From assembly GCA_009777515.1 (NCBI GenBank), contig WRLR01000005.1, positions 2,277-66,276 on the forward strand: DNA of 64,000 nucleotides, in the 5' to 3' direction. The translations under genes were made by a program, and so were the position numbers. The notes beneath the pieces are model-generated. The model was not told the DNA's origin and did not search any database. It saw only the letters and a program-made list of their open reading frames with translations. This DNA is from Oscillospiraceae bacterium (lineage in GTDB: Bacteria; Bacillota; Clostridia; WRLR01). Below are positions 49,874 through 60,697 of the stretch, one piece after another. The first letter of the stretch is position 1. Every line of letters begins with the position of its first letter.

Positions 49874-50356
49874 CTATATACCAAGGCTGTTGAGCCAGGT
49901 GGTTAAAGTATCTTTTGTCTGTCTTCCGTTCAGCATTTTGGGGTCTTTGATGGTCGCGGTTGAGTCCACGCTGGTTTTCAGGTATGCCATCGTTTCCCCG
50001 AAGCCGCTACCGCCGGATGTGGCGAACGGTACGATGGTCTTTCCTTTGAAGTCATAGCCTTCCAAGAATGTATTGATGATGGTGGGGGCGATATACCACC
50101 AAATCGGAAAGCCAACAAAAATTACGTCGTACGCGCCAATGTTTGCATCTTTAGCGACGATTGCCGGCCGCGAGGATTTGTCGGCCATTTCAACCGTACT
50201 GCGGGCGCTTTTGTCCCGCCAGTCCAGGTCGGGTTGTGTGTACAGCACCTGCGGTTCAATTTCATACAGGTCAGCGGATGCCGCGTCCGCCAGCGCTTCT
50301 GCTACTTTGCGGGTGACGCCGCTAGCGGAAAAGTATGCAACAAGTTTTTTGCTCAT
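49874..50356 (-). CDS. Flavodoxin
   Basis: 'VAYFSASGVT', 'GFPIWW', 'PFATSGGSG'. Confidence 0.93.
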   Translation of the reverse strand: MSKKLVAYFSASGVTRKVAEALADAASADLYEIEPQVLYTQPDLDWRDKSARSTVEMADKSSRPAIVAKDANIGAYDVIFVGFPIWWYIAPTIINTFLEGYDFKGKTIVPFATSGGSGFGETMAYLKTSVDSTATIKDPKMLNGRQTKDTLTTWLNSLGI

Positions 50357-50398
50357 GATAATGCCTCCTGATTTATATATTTTGGTTTTTTGTGAAGC

Positions 50399-50424
50399 GG
50401 ACGGCCGAGGGCGGCCGTCCCTAC
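50399..50424 (-). repeat. REP-like element (GTAG + palindrome)
   Basis: Minus strand GTAG-GGACGGCCG-CCCT-CGGCCGTCC. Confidence 0.65.
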
Positions 50425-50498
50425 GATTGCATATATTGCAACAGGAGCGGGGTTTGCCCTATCGCTTGTGCATTAATAATATTGATTGGGCATACTTA

Positions 50499-53400
50499 CT
50501 AATCTAGTTTTTCCGTCCAAATCTCGTAACCGTTTTCTTTGCGTTCGTATTTGTGGCTTGTGGATGCTTCCATTATGTCGGCGTATGCCCAGTGCGCGTC
50601 GTTTAAATCCGGGAAGGCAGGGGCCCAGTCCGGGATGTCCCCGATATCTATGGCGCGGTACAAAAGCCTGTTAATGACGCATACGGCCTCGGCGCGCGTG
50701 ATAGCGGAGTCCGGTCGGAATGTCCCGTCCGGATAGCCGGATACCAAGCCATTCGATGCACCGACACCGATATGATCCTCCGCCCAGTGCCCAGCGATAT
50801 CGTTCAATTCATATCTAATTGTGCCGGCGGTTAATCCGAACCTGCAGATCATTGCGATAAATTCTGCGCGGGTGATGTTGTTGCCGGCCCTGAACGTCCC
50901 ATCGGCATAGCCGGTGATGATGCCGATGGACGCAAGATGTGTTACAGCATCATAGTACCATTCCGATTCGGAAAACTCAAACGAGTTGTCTGGGCGCGCA
51001 GACCTGCCTTGGTCGGCCAGGATGCGGAAAAGCATCGCCGAGGCTTCGGCGCGCGTGATGCTTGCGTCGGGCTGGATATCGCCCCCCAAATATCCGTACT
51101 GGTACGCAATATGGTCGGGGTTAAAGGCCATTATTGGCATGAATCCGCTTCGTTGGCCTATGGTAAATCTGGCGGAAACACCCGGTGGGTGTTGGAGAGA
51201 AGGCGAAGAAGATGATGCGCCTGTAGCGGCATTGGGCGTGTTGGCGGTGTCGGGTGTGTTGGAGATGATTGCGTCTCCTCCAGGTACGCCTTGCTCATCT
51301 ATGTCCGTCTTGTCGGGCCCGTTTGCGGGCGTTGGCGGCGCAATGCTAGCGGGGGCGCCGCTGCTGCTGCCGGGGGCGCCGTTGCCGCTGCTGCCGTCAC
51401 CTGTGCCACTGTCGCTGCCACCGCTAACGTCGCTGCCGTCGCCCCCGTTGGGCGGAGTCGGGGTTGGAGTCGGAGTCGAGGTCAGGGTCGAGGTCGGGGT
51501 CGGGGTCGGAGTAGGTGATGGGGTCTGGGGTGGGGTCTGAGGCGGCGATGGTATAGGCGTAGGCGACAGTGAGGGCGAGGGAGAAGGCGTAGGCGTGGGC
51601 GAAGGTGTAGGCGAAAGCGAGGGAGATGGCATGAGCGACAGTGTGGGCGTGGGCGATGGCGAAGGTGACGGCGTAGGCGTGGGCGTGGGCGTTGGCGGCG
51701 CAGCGCGGCGCGCGCCGATTGCGCCCAGGTCTATCCATTCGATGCCGAGACCGGCCGCAGCGGCCTCCGTCAACTGTATATTGCCGCCCGCGTAATCGGC
51801 AAAGCCCGGATTGTAGCTGATGTATCGGTTGTTCCCATATATGCCGCCATAGCGCGGATCCGGCGCCACGGCGCCGTCGGGCGGCATAGGCCGCAGGAAG
51901 TCGCCTGCGCCCGCCGGGTCAGCGATTATATGCAGCGGCACATCCATGTTCACGCATATGTTGTCGTAAACCGGCGCCATCGACTGCGCAAAGCTTTCTT
52001 TGTCATTCAACAGATATTCAAAAAAATCAAAAAACTCTGGATAAATGTCCCGCCACAATGTCTTATATACGCCGGACATGAAGTAATGCCCCACCGCCCA
52101 TCCCCCGCCGGGATCGTCCACTACCAGAAAGTCCTCGGCGGTATAATCTTCCAACCGCCATAGCTCATGCAAAGCGCTCGCCATGACCGGAACCTGCACG
52201 TCGATAAAAATGTTGTTGGCGATGACCTCCGGGTACAGGTGGGGATCCATCACCCACAGGCCCGCAGGCGCGTTGTATACGACATTGCGCGTGATCTCCG
52301 AGCCGGGCCCCGGCCCGTCGATGTATATCGCCATGCGCGTCGGCACGGTTTCGTGGCCCCAGCCCCATTCGCGGATAGGCGTGCGTTGGATGTCGCGGAT
52401 GATATTGTCGTGCACGCGCGTCCCCCAGGCAAGCCCGCCGTGATGCACCCCGAGGCCAGCCGAATCGCTCGTCCCCGGGTCGCACATAACGTCAATTATC
52501 TCGTTGAACGCGACGAGCCCGTCCGGCCCGTCATGGATCATCCCGATGCCCTGCGAAAATTTCAGTGTGTTGCTTAAAAGGCTGATACCGACGCCGTTCG
52601 CATGTACGCCGCCCATGCCGTTCATGTAGCCGGTATTTAATATCACATTGTTTTCAAACAGGAAATGCCCGCTTTCGCGGGTGGACACCCTGCCCGAATG
52701 AATTATAACGCCATCGCAGCCCATGTTGACAATGTCGCAGTTTTTGATCGTATAGTGCAGCCCGTTCTCCAACGCGCTCGGCTCGTCGGGTTGGAAGCCC
52801 CCGTGTTCGCCGTAATGCGCTGCCAAATACTTGCCTTGGTATGTGTATACCCCGGCATATATGCCTGTCCCGCTCATGTTTTTGATGGTCAGGCCGTCTG
52901 CGGTGAAATGGCTGCTGCCCTGGGGGTTCAGCCCGTTGCGCTTGCCTAACTCAAAAGTTAAATTCGAAAACGTCAGCCATGACGCATTGTACGCGACGAG
53001 CATATCCGCGTTCATCTTAGGCACTTTTAGCACCATACTACTTATGTCCGCGCTCGCCGGGGGGTAAAACAGCAGCGTGCCGGATTGCGGGTCGATGTAG
53101 AATTCGCCCGGTGCGTCCAGCTCCTCCGGCACGTTTTGGAAATAATAGCTGCCTGTTTGTGGGGGCCTGTGCGGGTCCGGTGGGAACTCGCCTTCCAGTT
53201 CGATGGTTCTTTGGATGGGATCGAAATGCTTTAAAATGAGATAGTCGTGCAGCCATTGGCCGCAGATCATACCGCTGACAAGCGCGTCGTCGTAGTTGTC
53301 CCACGACGCCACGCGGTCCGCTATCGGCTGCGGGACATAGAACGTGGGCGCCCCTGTGAGGCCTGTATGCGAGCCTCCCGCCCATCCGCCGCCGTCCTCG

Positions 53401-54122
53401 ATGAATATGTAGTCATGGTACGGGTTTTCCGGGTATATCCCCGGCGCCTTGTTCGGGTAGCGCGCCATATGCAGCGGGGCGTCGTCCACATACACAACCC
53501 TTGTCGGCGACCGCATATCGGTCGTCAAGTTATAGCTGTAAGCCAACTCCTCTTTCGTAAAGCCGTTGTCCAGCAGGTTGATCATGTACACGCTCCCACG
53601 CGCGGCTGCAGGGATGCGCGCGGCAACAGGGTCGAGGCCGCCGGAGCCGCCGCCGGAGCCGCCCCCCGACGCAGGGGCAAAGTCGGCGCCGCCGAAATAC
53701 AAGCCGCCGGTGAAAACCGGAGACTCGCCGGGATAAGCCGTATAAGTTATCGGCGCAGCGGCAGTGCCCGAATCGTCCTCGAGGAACCATACCGTGTCTT
53801 CCATATAATAATGGCCGCCCCGAAAGTAGACGGTGATCCCGCCGTCGGGCAAGCCACTCTCTTCCTTGATGCTCCGCACACGCTGCCGCGCCCCGTCCAA
53901 CGTCTGCAGCGGCGAGCCGATTTCCCCGCTGCCGCCGACGTCGTCACCGTCCGGCGCCACATAAATCTCCAGCCCCGCCGATGCCACAGACCCCGCCGAC
54001 GCCACAGCCCCCGCCGCTCCTGCACAACTAGTCGAAACCACAGCATCCGCAGGCAACGCGGCAGCGTTCGCTATTATAAATATGGAAAAAGTCAACCCTA
54101 TAAATATGCTAATCTTTTTCAA
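50499..54122 (-). CDS. Large secreted right-handed beta-helix protein (GH141-like N-terminus) with P/T/S linker and SLH domains
   Basis: 'IYVAPDGDD', 'VYFRGGHY', '[17 protein letters not shown]', 'ARYPN', 'ELDAPGEFY'; three ITRAE-type SLH motifs; TTG start behind GAGGT. Confidence 0.85.
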   Translation of the reverse strand: MKKISIFIGLTFSIFIIANAAALPADAVVSTSCAGAAGAVASAGSVASAGLEIYVAPDGDDVGGSGEIGSPLQTLDGARQRVRSIKEESGLPDGGITVYFRGGHYYMEDTVWFLEDDSGTAAAPITYTAYPGESPVFTGGLYFGGADFAPASGGGSGGGSGGLDPVAARIPAAARGSVYMINLLDNGFTKEELAYSYNLTTDMRSPTRVVYVDDAPLHMARYPNKAPGIYPENPYHDYIFIEDGGGWAGGSHTGLTGAPTFYVPQPIADRVASWDNYDDALVSGMICGQWLHDYLILKHFDPIQRTIELEGEFPPDPHRPPQTGSYYFQNVPEELDAPGEFYIDPQSGTLLFYPPASADISSMVLKVPKMNADMLVAYNASWLTFSNLTFELGKRNGLNPQGSSHFTADGLTIKNMSGTGIYAGVYTYQGKYLAAHYGEHGGFQPDEPSALENGLHYTIKNCDIVNMGCDGVIIHSGRVSTRESGHFLFENNVILNTGYMNGMGGVHANGVGISLLSNTLKFSQGIGMIHDGPDGLVAFNEIIDVMCDPGTSDSAGLGVHHGGLAWGTRVHDNIIRDIQRTPIREWGWGHETVPTRMAIYIDGPGPGSEITRNVVYNAPAGLWVMDPHLYPEVIANNIFIDVQVPVMASALHELWRLEDYTAEDFLVVDDPGGGWAVGHYFMSGVYKTLWRDIYPEFFDFFEYLLNDKESFAQSMAPVYDNICVNMDVPLHIIADPAGAGDFLRPMPPDGAVAPDPRYGGIYGNNRYISYNPGFADYAGGNIQLTEAAAAGLGIEWIDLGAIGARRAAPPTPTPTPTPSPSPSPTPTLSLMPSPSLSPTPSPTPTPSPSPSLSPTPIPSPPQTPPQTPSPTPTPTPTSTLTSTPTPTPTPPNGGDGSDVSGGSDSGTGDGSSGNGAPGSSSGAPASIAPPTPANGPDKTDIDEQGVPGGDAIISNTPDTANTPNAATGASSSSPSLQHPPGVSARFTIGQRSGFMPIMAFNPDHIAYQYGYLGGDIQPDASITRAEASAMLFRILADQGRSARPDNSFEFSESEWYYDAVTHLASIGIITGYADGTFRAGNNITRAEFIAMICRFGLTAGTIRYELNDIAGHWAEDHIGVGASNGLVSGYPDGTFRPDSAITRAEAVCVINRLLYRAIDIGDIPDWAPAFPDLNDAHWAYADIMEASTSHKYERKENGYEIWTEKLD

Positions 54123-54287
54123 ACGACTACCTCAAATCTATTAGCTAACGTCAAATAGGCTACATATAGTTTTGTTAAAACGAAACGGAAAAGCTACAAT
54201 AGCATCTATTGTATGCTTTTATAATGCTTTTAGAATGCTTTCAGAATGCATTTAGAATGCTATTTGAAAGTTTTATAAATACATATA

Positions 54288-55103
54288 TCATGGCGCAACC
54301 TTTTGGGCAAGCACCCCATACCAGTTAATTACATCAAAGTCCGCATCAAAATTACCCGTCTTATCATTAATTAAAAAGCCTTTGCTCATCCATATGTCAT
54401 CAAGGTCGATATACTTTACCAATGCAAATCCGGCATCAGATAATGCCTTTATTATATCGTTTCGCAACAAAGGATAATAAACAGGGCATGCGATAACATC
54501 ATGGTGTTCATGTTTGCCTTTTTTATCCACACTGGTCACAAACGAAAATGTTACAGACCCGTTATCATGCCAGTTAAATAAAAGATAGGTGCTTTGGTGC
54601 TCATCGGATGTCATTATTCGAGGGTCGATAATATGGATAATGGCCCTCTCATGCGCAAGTACATCCCAATTCCGAATATCAAAAAACAATAGCCCGTTAT
54701 CATTCAGCTTTGAATGGGCAGCCGATAAAAATTTTTTGAAGCCACATAAATCGACATGGGGGAGCGAATTCCCGGTCGATATAATGCAGTCGACATTTTC
54801 GCCTAGGATTTTATCAATTTCGCGAAAGTCTGATATAAAAAGTTTTGGGGCATACCCATAAGCATGAAAATTTATTTTTGCCCTGTTTAAAAGATTTTCG
54901 TTCAAGTCTGAGCCTGAAACAATATAGCCGATCTTTGCTAAAGGCAATGTAGTGCCGCCCGCACCGATTGAACAGTCATGTATCGTTTTTATATCATACC
55001 CAGTGAAAAGCGCTTCATATAGATCCTGAAATTTTTGTTGAGCGGATTCGTCCATGTTCTGATTGTATAACGCTGCTGTGTCGTATATTAATATTTGCGC
55101 CAT
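54288..55103 (-). CDS. Class I SAM-dependent methyltransferase
   Basis: 'IHDCSIGAG', 'GSDLNENLL', 'STGNSLPH'. Confidence 0.88.
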   Translation of the reverse strand: MAQILIYDTAALYNQNMDESAQQKFQDLYEALFTGYDIKTIHDCSIGAGGTTLPLAKIGYIVSGSDLNENLLNRAKINFHAYGYAPKLFISDFREIDKILGENVDCIISTGNSLPHVDLCGFKKFLSAAHSKLNDNGLLFFDIRNWDVLAHERAIIHIIDPRIMTSDEHQSTYLLFNWHDNGSVTFSFVTSVDKKGKHEHHDVIACPVYYPLLRNDIIKALSDAGFALVKYIDLDDIWMSKGFLINDKTGNFDADFDVINWYGVLAQKVAP

Positions 55104-55158
55104 AAGCTATCCTCTTTTTCACAGTTCATAGATATAATAAGCTTCCATTCTATTTATT

Positions 55159-56400
55159 TTAATCCGACAAAAGAAAGTCTATTATGTTTTGATACAAAAT
55201 GCCTTCGTGATCCGTGATATATGTCTTATCCATTGAAAGTATTATCTTTTCGTAATTGTCTTTAATAGATTTAAGAGGGCGCAATTCCCGTTCCCTTACG
55301 GCTTCGCCTGTTATCGTTTCTGTTACTTGGATATATAGCCTCTTTGCAGGCTTCTCGGCTATGAAGTCTACCTCCATATCGCCAACCCTGCCGACATAAA
55401 CCCTAAAATCGCGACGCAGAAGCTCAAGATACACAATGTTTTCAAGTATGTGCCCGCGATCTGCTTCCCGGTACCCGAGCAGCATATTCCTAAACCCCAG
55501 ATCGACAATATAGCTCTTCTCCAATGTTTTCAAGAGCTGCTTACCTTTAATGTCGTACCTGCCCGCAGAATAGAAAACGAATGCACTTTTCAACATGTGG
55601 ATATACTTGTCAACTGTCCTTCCGGCAATGCCCATTCCGGTTTTTTTCTTTATTTTTTGTATTTCGCCTTCGTTTGTCAGTACATTCCCGATGCTGTTTG
55701 GCGAGGTTATGCTGCCGATATTGTTGCAAAGGAAAAGCACTAATTTATGCAGCAATGCATGGTCGGCTGTTTTGTTCCGCTCCAACACATCGCGGAGGAT
55801 AACCGTGTTGTATATGCCTTCCAGCGCCTCAATACTCCGCGCTTCGTTAAATTGAAACTGCCTGAGTATGGGCATCCCGCCGAACTGTAAATAATTTTGG
55901 AATTTATTTTCCATAGGCACATCGGGAGCAAATACATAAAATGAGAGAAATTCCTTAAAGGAAAGCGGCAGCATCTTGATTTCAACATATCGGCCCGACA
56001 GGAGAGTGGAGAACTCGGAAGATAACATATAAGCGTTTGATCCGGTGATATATATATCGACGTCAAAATCAAGCCTGAAAGACTCTATTGCCTTCTCCCA
56101 ATGAGCGACAGCTTGAAGCTCGTCAAAAATCAAGTAGTTTTTTTCACCCTTGACTATTTGCATGCTCACATACTCATAAAAAGCTATGTGGTCGGTGTAC
56201 GCCCGGAATCTAAGTGATTCCATATTCATATGGACAATTTTCTCTTGCGGTACACCGCTGCCAAGCAAATAATCCACAAATAGATCCAGCATTGTCGATT
56301 TGCCGCTGCGGCGTATGCCGGTGACAATTTTTACTACATCCTTGTCTTTGTATTCAATCAGGCGTTTTAAATAATCGGGCCTATTAATGCGTTCTTGCAT
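55159..56400 (-). CDS. AAA+ superfamily ATPase with DUF4143-type C-terminus
   Basis: Walker A 'GIRRSGKS', 'FDELQ', 'ITGSNA', 'LENIVYLEL', 'EVDFIA'. Confidence 0.92.
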   Translation of the reverse strand: MQERINRPDYLKRLIEYKDKDVVKIVTGIRRSGKSTMLDLFVDYLLGSGVPQEKIVHMNMESLRFRAYTDHIAFYEYVSMQIVKGEKNYLIFDELQAVAHWEKAIESFRLDFDVDIYITGSNAYMLSSEFSTLLSGRYVEIKMLPLSFKEFLSFYVFAPDVPMENKFQNYLQFGGMPILRQFQFNEARSIEALEGIYNTVILRDVLERNKTADHALLHKLVLFLCNNIGSITSPNSIGNVLTNEGEIQKIKKKTGMGIAGRTVDKYIHMLKSAFVFYSAGRYDIKGKQLLKTLEKSYIVDLGFRNMLLGYREADRGHILENIVYLELLRRDFRVYVGRVGDMEVDFIAEKPAKRLYIQVTETITGEAVRERELRPLKSIKDNYEKIILSMDKTYITDHEGILYQNIIDFLLSD

Positions 56401-56564
56401 CGGGATCGCCCCCTATCGCTCGCATCATATCAGAAACTTACTGAAATTTCAATGTTTTTGATATTAATGTCATAAACTTGTGAGCCATACAAGAATGCCA
56501 GATATTAATTGGTCATTTCATTTACTATGTAAGTAATACAGGTTTGGGTAACCTTGCCATTTGT

Positions 56565-57194
56565 TTAACATTTATTTTCCATCACAACCGATTGGAAAAT
56601 ATGTGTTTCTGCCCCCCTGCTGACTTCAAGCTGCTCAAAAGAGATGATATTGAAGTGATTGGCTAGCAATGTTTTAAGGTTCTTTTCGGAATAAGACGAA
56701 AAAAATCTGGAGGCTTTGGATACATCGTCTTTTATAAACTCGTTTTCATAATCAGCGCCGCCGTATACCCCCATATAAAATAGACCGTTGGCATCCAGTA
56801 TAGCCCCAATGCCATCTAATACAGCAGGCAATTCTTTTTTGGGGACGTGCAAAAGAGTATTCATCGCCCAAACACAGTTAAACCGCTTATGCAACGCAGG
56901 CAATTCATAGTAATCAAGCTCATACGCTTCAATGCCTTTTTCTATGCACTTTTTGACCATTTCACATGACAAATCTATGGCTACGACATTAAAGCCGCTA
57001 TCCATAAAATACCGGCTGTCATATCCTGCGCCCGCCCCGATTTCAAGCAAGTCCATTTTGCCTTTTTTCTTTGCCAAATCACTAAATTCCCGCCTGATTT
57101 TGACCTTCCAATCGGCCTTGGCGGACGCGTCGCGCAATGCCGCTTCCTGGTTATAAAAACTGCGCAAATTATCTTTTATCGTATGTGTATCCAT
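56565..57194 (-). CDS. Class I SAM-dependent methyltransferase
   Basis: 'LLEIGAGAG', 'AIDLS', 'NTLLHVP'. Confidence 0.9.
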   Translation of the reverse strand: MDTHTIKDNLRSFYNQEAALRDASAKADWKVKIRREFSDLAKKKGKMDLLEIGAGAGYDSRYFMDSGFNVVAIDLSCEMVKKCIEKGIEAYELDYYELPALHKRFNCVWAMNTLLHVPKKELPAVLDGIGAILDANGLFYMGVYGGADYENEFIKDDVSKASRFFSSYSEKNLKTLLANHFNIISFEQLEVSRGAETHIFQSVVMENKC

Positions 57195-57301
57195 TGACGC
57201 TCTCCATGTCCGGCACTCTTCATAAACGTTTGGATTTCTGTTATTATATGTTCACCTATGCATTATACAGTTTCATATCATTTATGAAAACAGAGGGGAC
57301 G

Positions 57302-57766
57302 ATGATAATTAAAGCATACACTCCGTCTATGCAGCCGGCGATAGAGGCTTGTTTCAAGGCTTGTTTGGACGCGCTCGGATGGGAGTACGAGCCGGATGGC
57401 AGGCACTCGGACATTGTAAATATCGAGGAAGCATATATGCGGCACGGGTGTTTTTGGTGCCTATACGAAGACGACAACCTGGTCGGCATGTCGGCGGCCC
57501 GCTGCATCGACGCCGAAAATAAAATCGTCGAGCTTAAACGGTTGTATGTGCTACCCTCGCACCAAGGCAAGGGCTATGGGGACCAAATGTTCCAAAACGC
57601 GCTGGAATATGTAAAGGGGCAAGGCTACAGGACGGCGATGGTCGATACCCGCCACGACCGTTCGGCGTCGCTGCATTTAATCGAAAAATACGGGTTCAAG
57701 CAAGCGGAGCGCTACAACGACAACGATTATGCAGAGCTATTCTTCGAGCTAGATTTGACCGTTTAG
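57302..57766 (+). CDS. GNAT family N-acetyltransferase
   Basis: 'ELKRLYVLPSHQGKGYG', 'EKYGF'; start behind GAGGGG. Confidence 0.9.
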   Translation: MIIKAYTPSMQPAIEACFKACLDALGWEYEPDGRHSDIVNIEEAYMRHGCFWCLYEDDNLVGMSAARCIDAENKIVELKRLYVLPSHQGKGYGDQMFQNALEYVKGQGYRTAMVDTRHDRSASLHLIEKYGFKQAERYNDNDYAELFFELDLTV

Positions 57767-60505
57767 TATCCGAACGATTTCTTCGTTCACGTCGGCGAAC
57801 TCGCGGATTTTGGCTGCGATTTTCTCTCGCTTCGTTTTGTCCCGCAAGACCTCCAGCGTGACATTGAAACCTCCGCCGAGGGCCTCAAGGCTGTCCGGGT
57901 CCCCGTTGCCCATTAATTTCATCTTATTATATAGAGCGCTCACCTCATCCAAGAAGCCCATATCGGGGTTAAGCTTTTGCGCTTTCTGCAAAAACCCATG
58001 GCAGCAGCTACCGTTGGTCGCGAGAACGCACACATAGTTGGTATGGTCGCACCATGTATCAAATGCCTCGGCGGCCATCCTGTCGAATTTGCCGTTCTCA
58101 ATGTCTCTCGCCCACGCCCTGAACGCTTCCGGGCCGAAGCAATATGCGTCCGTCTTGATATGCTGCATGGGCGCAATGTCCTTAACCGCGTCGCGGTAGA
58201 TTGCCGCCAGCGGATGGCTCTCTTTTTTATCGCCCACAAATACCCAGCCGCTTTTATATTCATAGCCATGAAAAGGCTTTGGTTCAAAAACCTTATCCAG
58301 CTCAATCCGCACCGGTTGGCTGCTGTTGCCCGTGATGTAGAGCAATATTTTTCCGTATTCCTCATATCCAACAAATACGCCCGTACTGCCCCCGCACCTG
58401 ATGACTGGGACCCCTTTGTCGATATAGGCGATCAGCGTTTGCAAATACATTTCGGTATTTTTCGCAATCTCCCCGCCGGAAACAAAGGTAGCGGCATATC
58501 CGCATTTTTGAAAGGTTTTTTCATAAAATTCGGCGGGGTCATCCTCAGCCAAATAACCGGACGCGGAATCGCTCGATAAATTGGTAAAGCTATAATGCTG
58601 TGTGAACAAGTCGCCTGTCAACGCCGCGAATAACCAATAATCATAGTCCGGTTCGCCCAAACATTCCATTACATATTTGGCGCAGCCGTTGAACCAGTAG
58701 TTTTCGCCGAACTCGTCCGTGACAAGGCGGTGTATTATTGGGATCAAATTGTTGCTCTGTTTAGTTATCATGTTCAGTTCCCCTTCTTTTAATTTGCTTT
58801 TTTGCATGTCGGCGAGTTGCGAAATACGGATGGAGCGAAAATATATTTTGTCGCTGTCATACGACGCCCCGACGACAATAGGGCAAACCTCCTCGCGGCC
58901 CAAATCCATATGCATATATGGGAAGTCAGCGCCGCAATAGCGGACTTCGCCGTTTATAATAACGGCTAGATGCTTTGGGCCCACAATCCATGTTAGTTGG
59001 TTCGCTTCGTCTATATTAACCGCTCCGCGTCCCGGCAAATAATAATCGTCCCAAAAGATCGGCTGTGCAAAACGGATGGCTTGAACCATTTTTTCATTGT
59101 CATTATTCATGTTGATCCCAAAGCCCCTGTTGCCAATGCGACCCAAAGGGTACCCGGTGTCTTCGCTGTGGTATAAAACTATTCCGGTTTTGCCCTTGCC
59201 GGACGGGCGGAACTCCATGTCAATGCGGAACGGCAGCTTGACCGATACATGGGTGTTCAATACGGCCCTTAAAATCCACCCGATATATTCCGCTTCCCCG
59301 TCCTTGTTAATGCGAAAATATGAGTTGTTGGCGTGCGACTGCGTCATCTTGTCCAGCGCGACTTCGGCATCCCACAAAATGGGGTTTGCCGCTTCGATTT
59401 CCGCGACGGAAATGCCGACCACTTCCTTCGGCTTGTTAAACAGCGCAGGGTCGGCCATGCGCTTTTTTACCGGCGCCATCAGCGCGACGAGTTCGCGCTG
59501 GTCGTCAGGCGAAACCAGGTTCTCCAGCATGGCCGCGTGGCGCAGGCTGCCGTCGCTCAAATAATCAATTTGATAATATTTATTGCCGTCGAAATGCGTT
59601 ATCAGTGCGCGGAACCGCTCGCCCAAGTCCTCGTCCAAATAGACGTTGATCGCGGCGAACAAGCCGCCTTCAAAAACATAGTCCGAGTATTCGCCGTCAT
59701 TGCAAAAATCGTCGTCGATCCGCATAATGACAACGTCGCCCGCATCCGTCTGAAATTCAAACCGCTCGTGCTGCCCCGGTTTGCCATATGGCAACCCTTT
59801 CGCCTGCGCCCAACGCCAAAATCCCTCCGGGTCGGATGTACCGTCGCCCCGCAGCGACGAGATCACGCGCATAGACGGCAAAGTGTATATCGACGGTTCC
59901 GCCGGTTTAGCCAGCTTGCTCGATATAGCCGAAAGCTCCGCGAAGCTTGTAGCATTGCCACTCGCAGCCTTTTCGCTTGTGGCATTGTAGTTCGCAGCAT
60001 TTTCGCTTGTATCTACGTAGCCTGTAGCCTCGCCACTCGCAGCCTCATCACTCGCAGCCTCGCCACTCGCAGCCTCGCCACTCTCAGCCTCGCTTTTTTC
60101 CAGCGTGCTCAACTGTTTTTCCATTTGCTCATATAAAATAGGCAGGGCTGAAATTTTAGTAACGCCGTTTTCTAGCATGGTTTGCAAAAAGTCATTCGTT
60201 ATGCGTTTGAGTTCGGTCAACGCCCCGACTTCATCGTCGATTGCATTGATGCGGTTGACAAACACCTCGACCACCGTACTCATATCCTCGTTTTCATATA
60301 TCCGGATAATGTCCTTAACCGAAATCTGCATTTTTCTAAGTATCATGATTTGCTTGATACGCTCCACTTGTGCATCGCTATAATACCTGTAATTATTTAT
60401 ATCATCGCGTTTCGCCTCCAATAATCCGACGCGCTCGTAATAACGCAGTGTTTTCGACGTCACGCCAAACCGTTTTACGGCATCGGTTATACATAATCCA
60501 TTCAT
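57749..60505 (-). CDS. 918-aa multidomain MerR family regulator
   Basis: N-terminal 'GVTSKTLRYYERVGLL...NNYRYY' HTH and coiled coil, then a GyrI-like region, a beta-rich region and a ~340-aa terminal region. Confidence 0.88.
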   Translation of the reverse strand: MNGLCITDAVKRFGVTSKTLRYYERVGLLEAKRDDINNYRYYSDAQVERIKQIMILRKMQISVKDIIRIYENEDMSTVVEVFVNRINAIDDEVGALTELKRITNDFLQTMLENGVTKISALPILYEQMEKQLSTLEKSEAESGEAASGEAASDEAASGEATGYVDTSENAANYNATSEKAASGNATSFAELSAISSKLAKPAEPSIYTLPSMRVISSLRGDGTSDPEGFWRWAQAKGLPYGKPGQHERFEFQTDAGDVVIMRIDDDFCNDGEYSDYVFEGGLFAAINVYLDEDLGERFRALITHFDGNKYYQIDYLSDGSLRHAAMLENLVSPDDQRELVALMAPVKKRMADPALFNKPKEVVGISVAEIEAANPILWDAEVALDKMTQSHANNSYFRINKDGEAEYIGWILRAVLNTHVSVKLPFRIDMEFRPSGKGKTGIVLYHSEDTGYPLGRIGNRGFGINMNNDNEKMVQAIRFAQPIFWDDYYLPGRGAVNIDEANQLTWIVGPKHLAVIINGEVRYCGADFPYMHMDLGREEVCPIVVGASYDSDKIYFRSIRISQLADMQKSKLKEGELNMITKQSNNLIPIIHRLVTDEFGENYWFNGCAKYVMECLGEPDYDYWLFAALTGDLFTQHYSFTNLSSDSASGYLAEDDPAEFYEKTFQKCGYAATFVSGGEIAKNTEMYLQTLIAYIDKGVPVIRCGGSTGVFVGYEEYGKILLYITGNSSQPVRIELDKVFEPKPFHGYEYKSGWVFVGDKKESHPLAAIYRDAVKDIAPMQHIKTDAYCFGPEAFRAWARDIENGKFDRMAAEAFDTWCDHTNYVCVLATNGSCCHGFLQKAQKLNPDMGFLDEVSALYNKMKLMGNGDPDSLEALGGGFNVTLEVLRDKTKREKIAAKIREFADVNEEIVRILNGQI

Positions 60506-60525
60506 TGATTAACCTCCATATATAC

Positions 60526-60556
60526 AATATAGTGGTTGCCCTAAGGACAATGTCAA
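60526..60556 (-). promoter_or_regulatory. MerR-type promoter with 19-bp spacer and dyad
   Basis: TTGACA(60556-60551)-19 bp-TATATT; spacer holds TTGTCCT-T-AGGGCAA. Confidence 0.8.
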
Positions 60557-60697
60557 TGGGTTAATATAATTTTATCCGGGAATTTTTTAGAACGTTTCGA
60601 CGCAAGCTTCTCGCAATGGCTGGGTCGGGATAGAACATTATAACAGGAGTATCAAATTATATACTCATATAGTTATATATTCTTGTTATAAAATAAA

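Noticed and set aside
47378-56400. Fic plus AAA/DUF4143 ATPase plus methyltransferases as a defence island
   Set aside because: Genes are scattered and interspersed with metabolic genes; no shared operon or recognisable defence architecture
57749-57766. 18-bp tail-to-tail overlap of GNAT and MerR genes
   Set aside because: Short convergent overlaps are common and carry no evident extra signal
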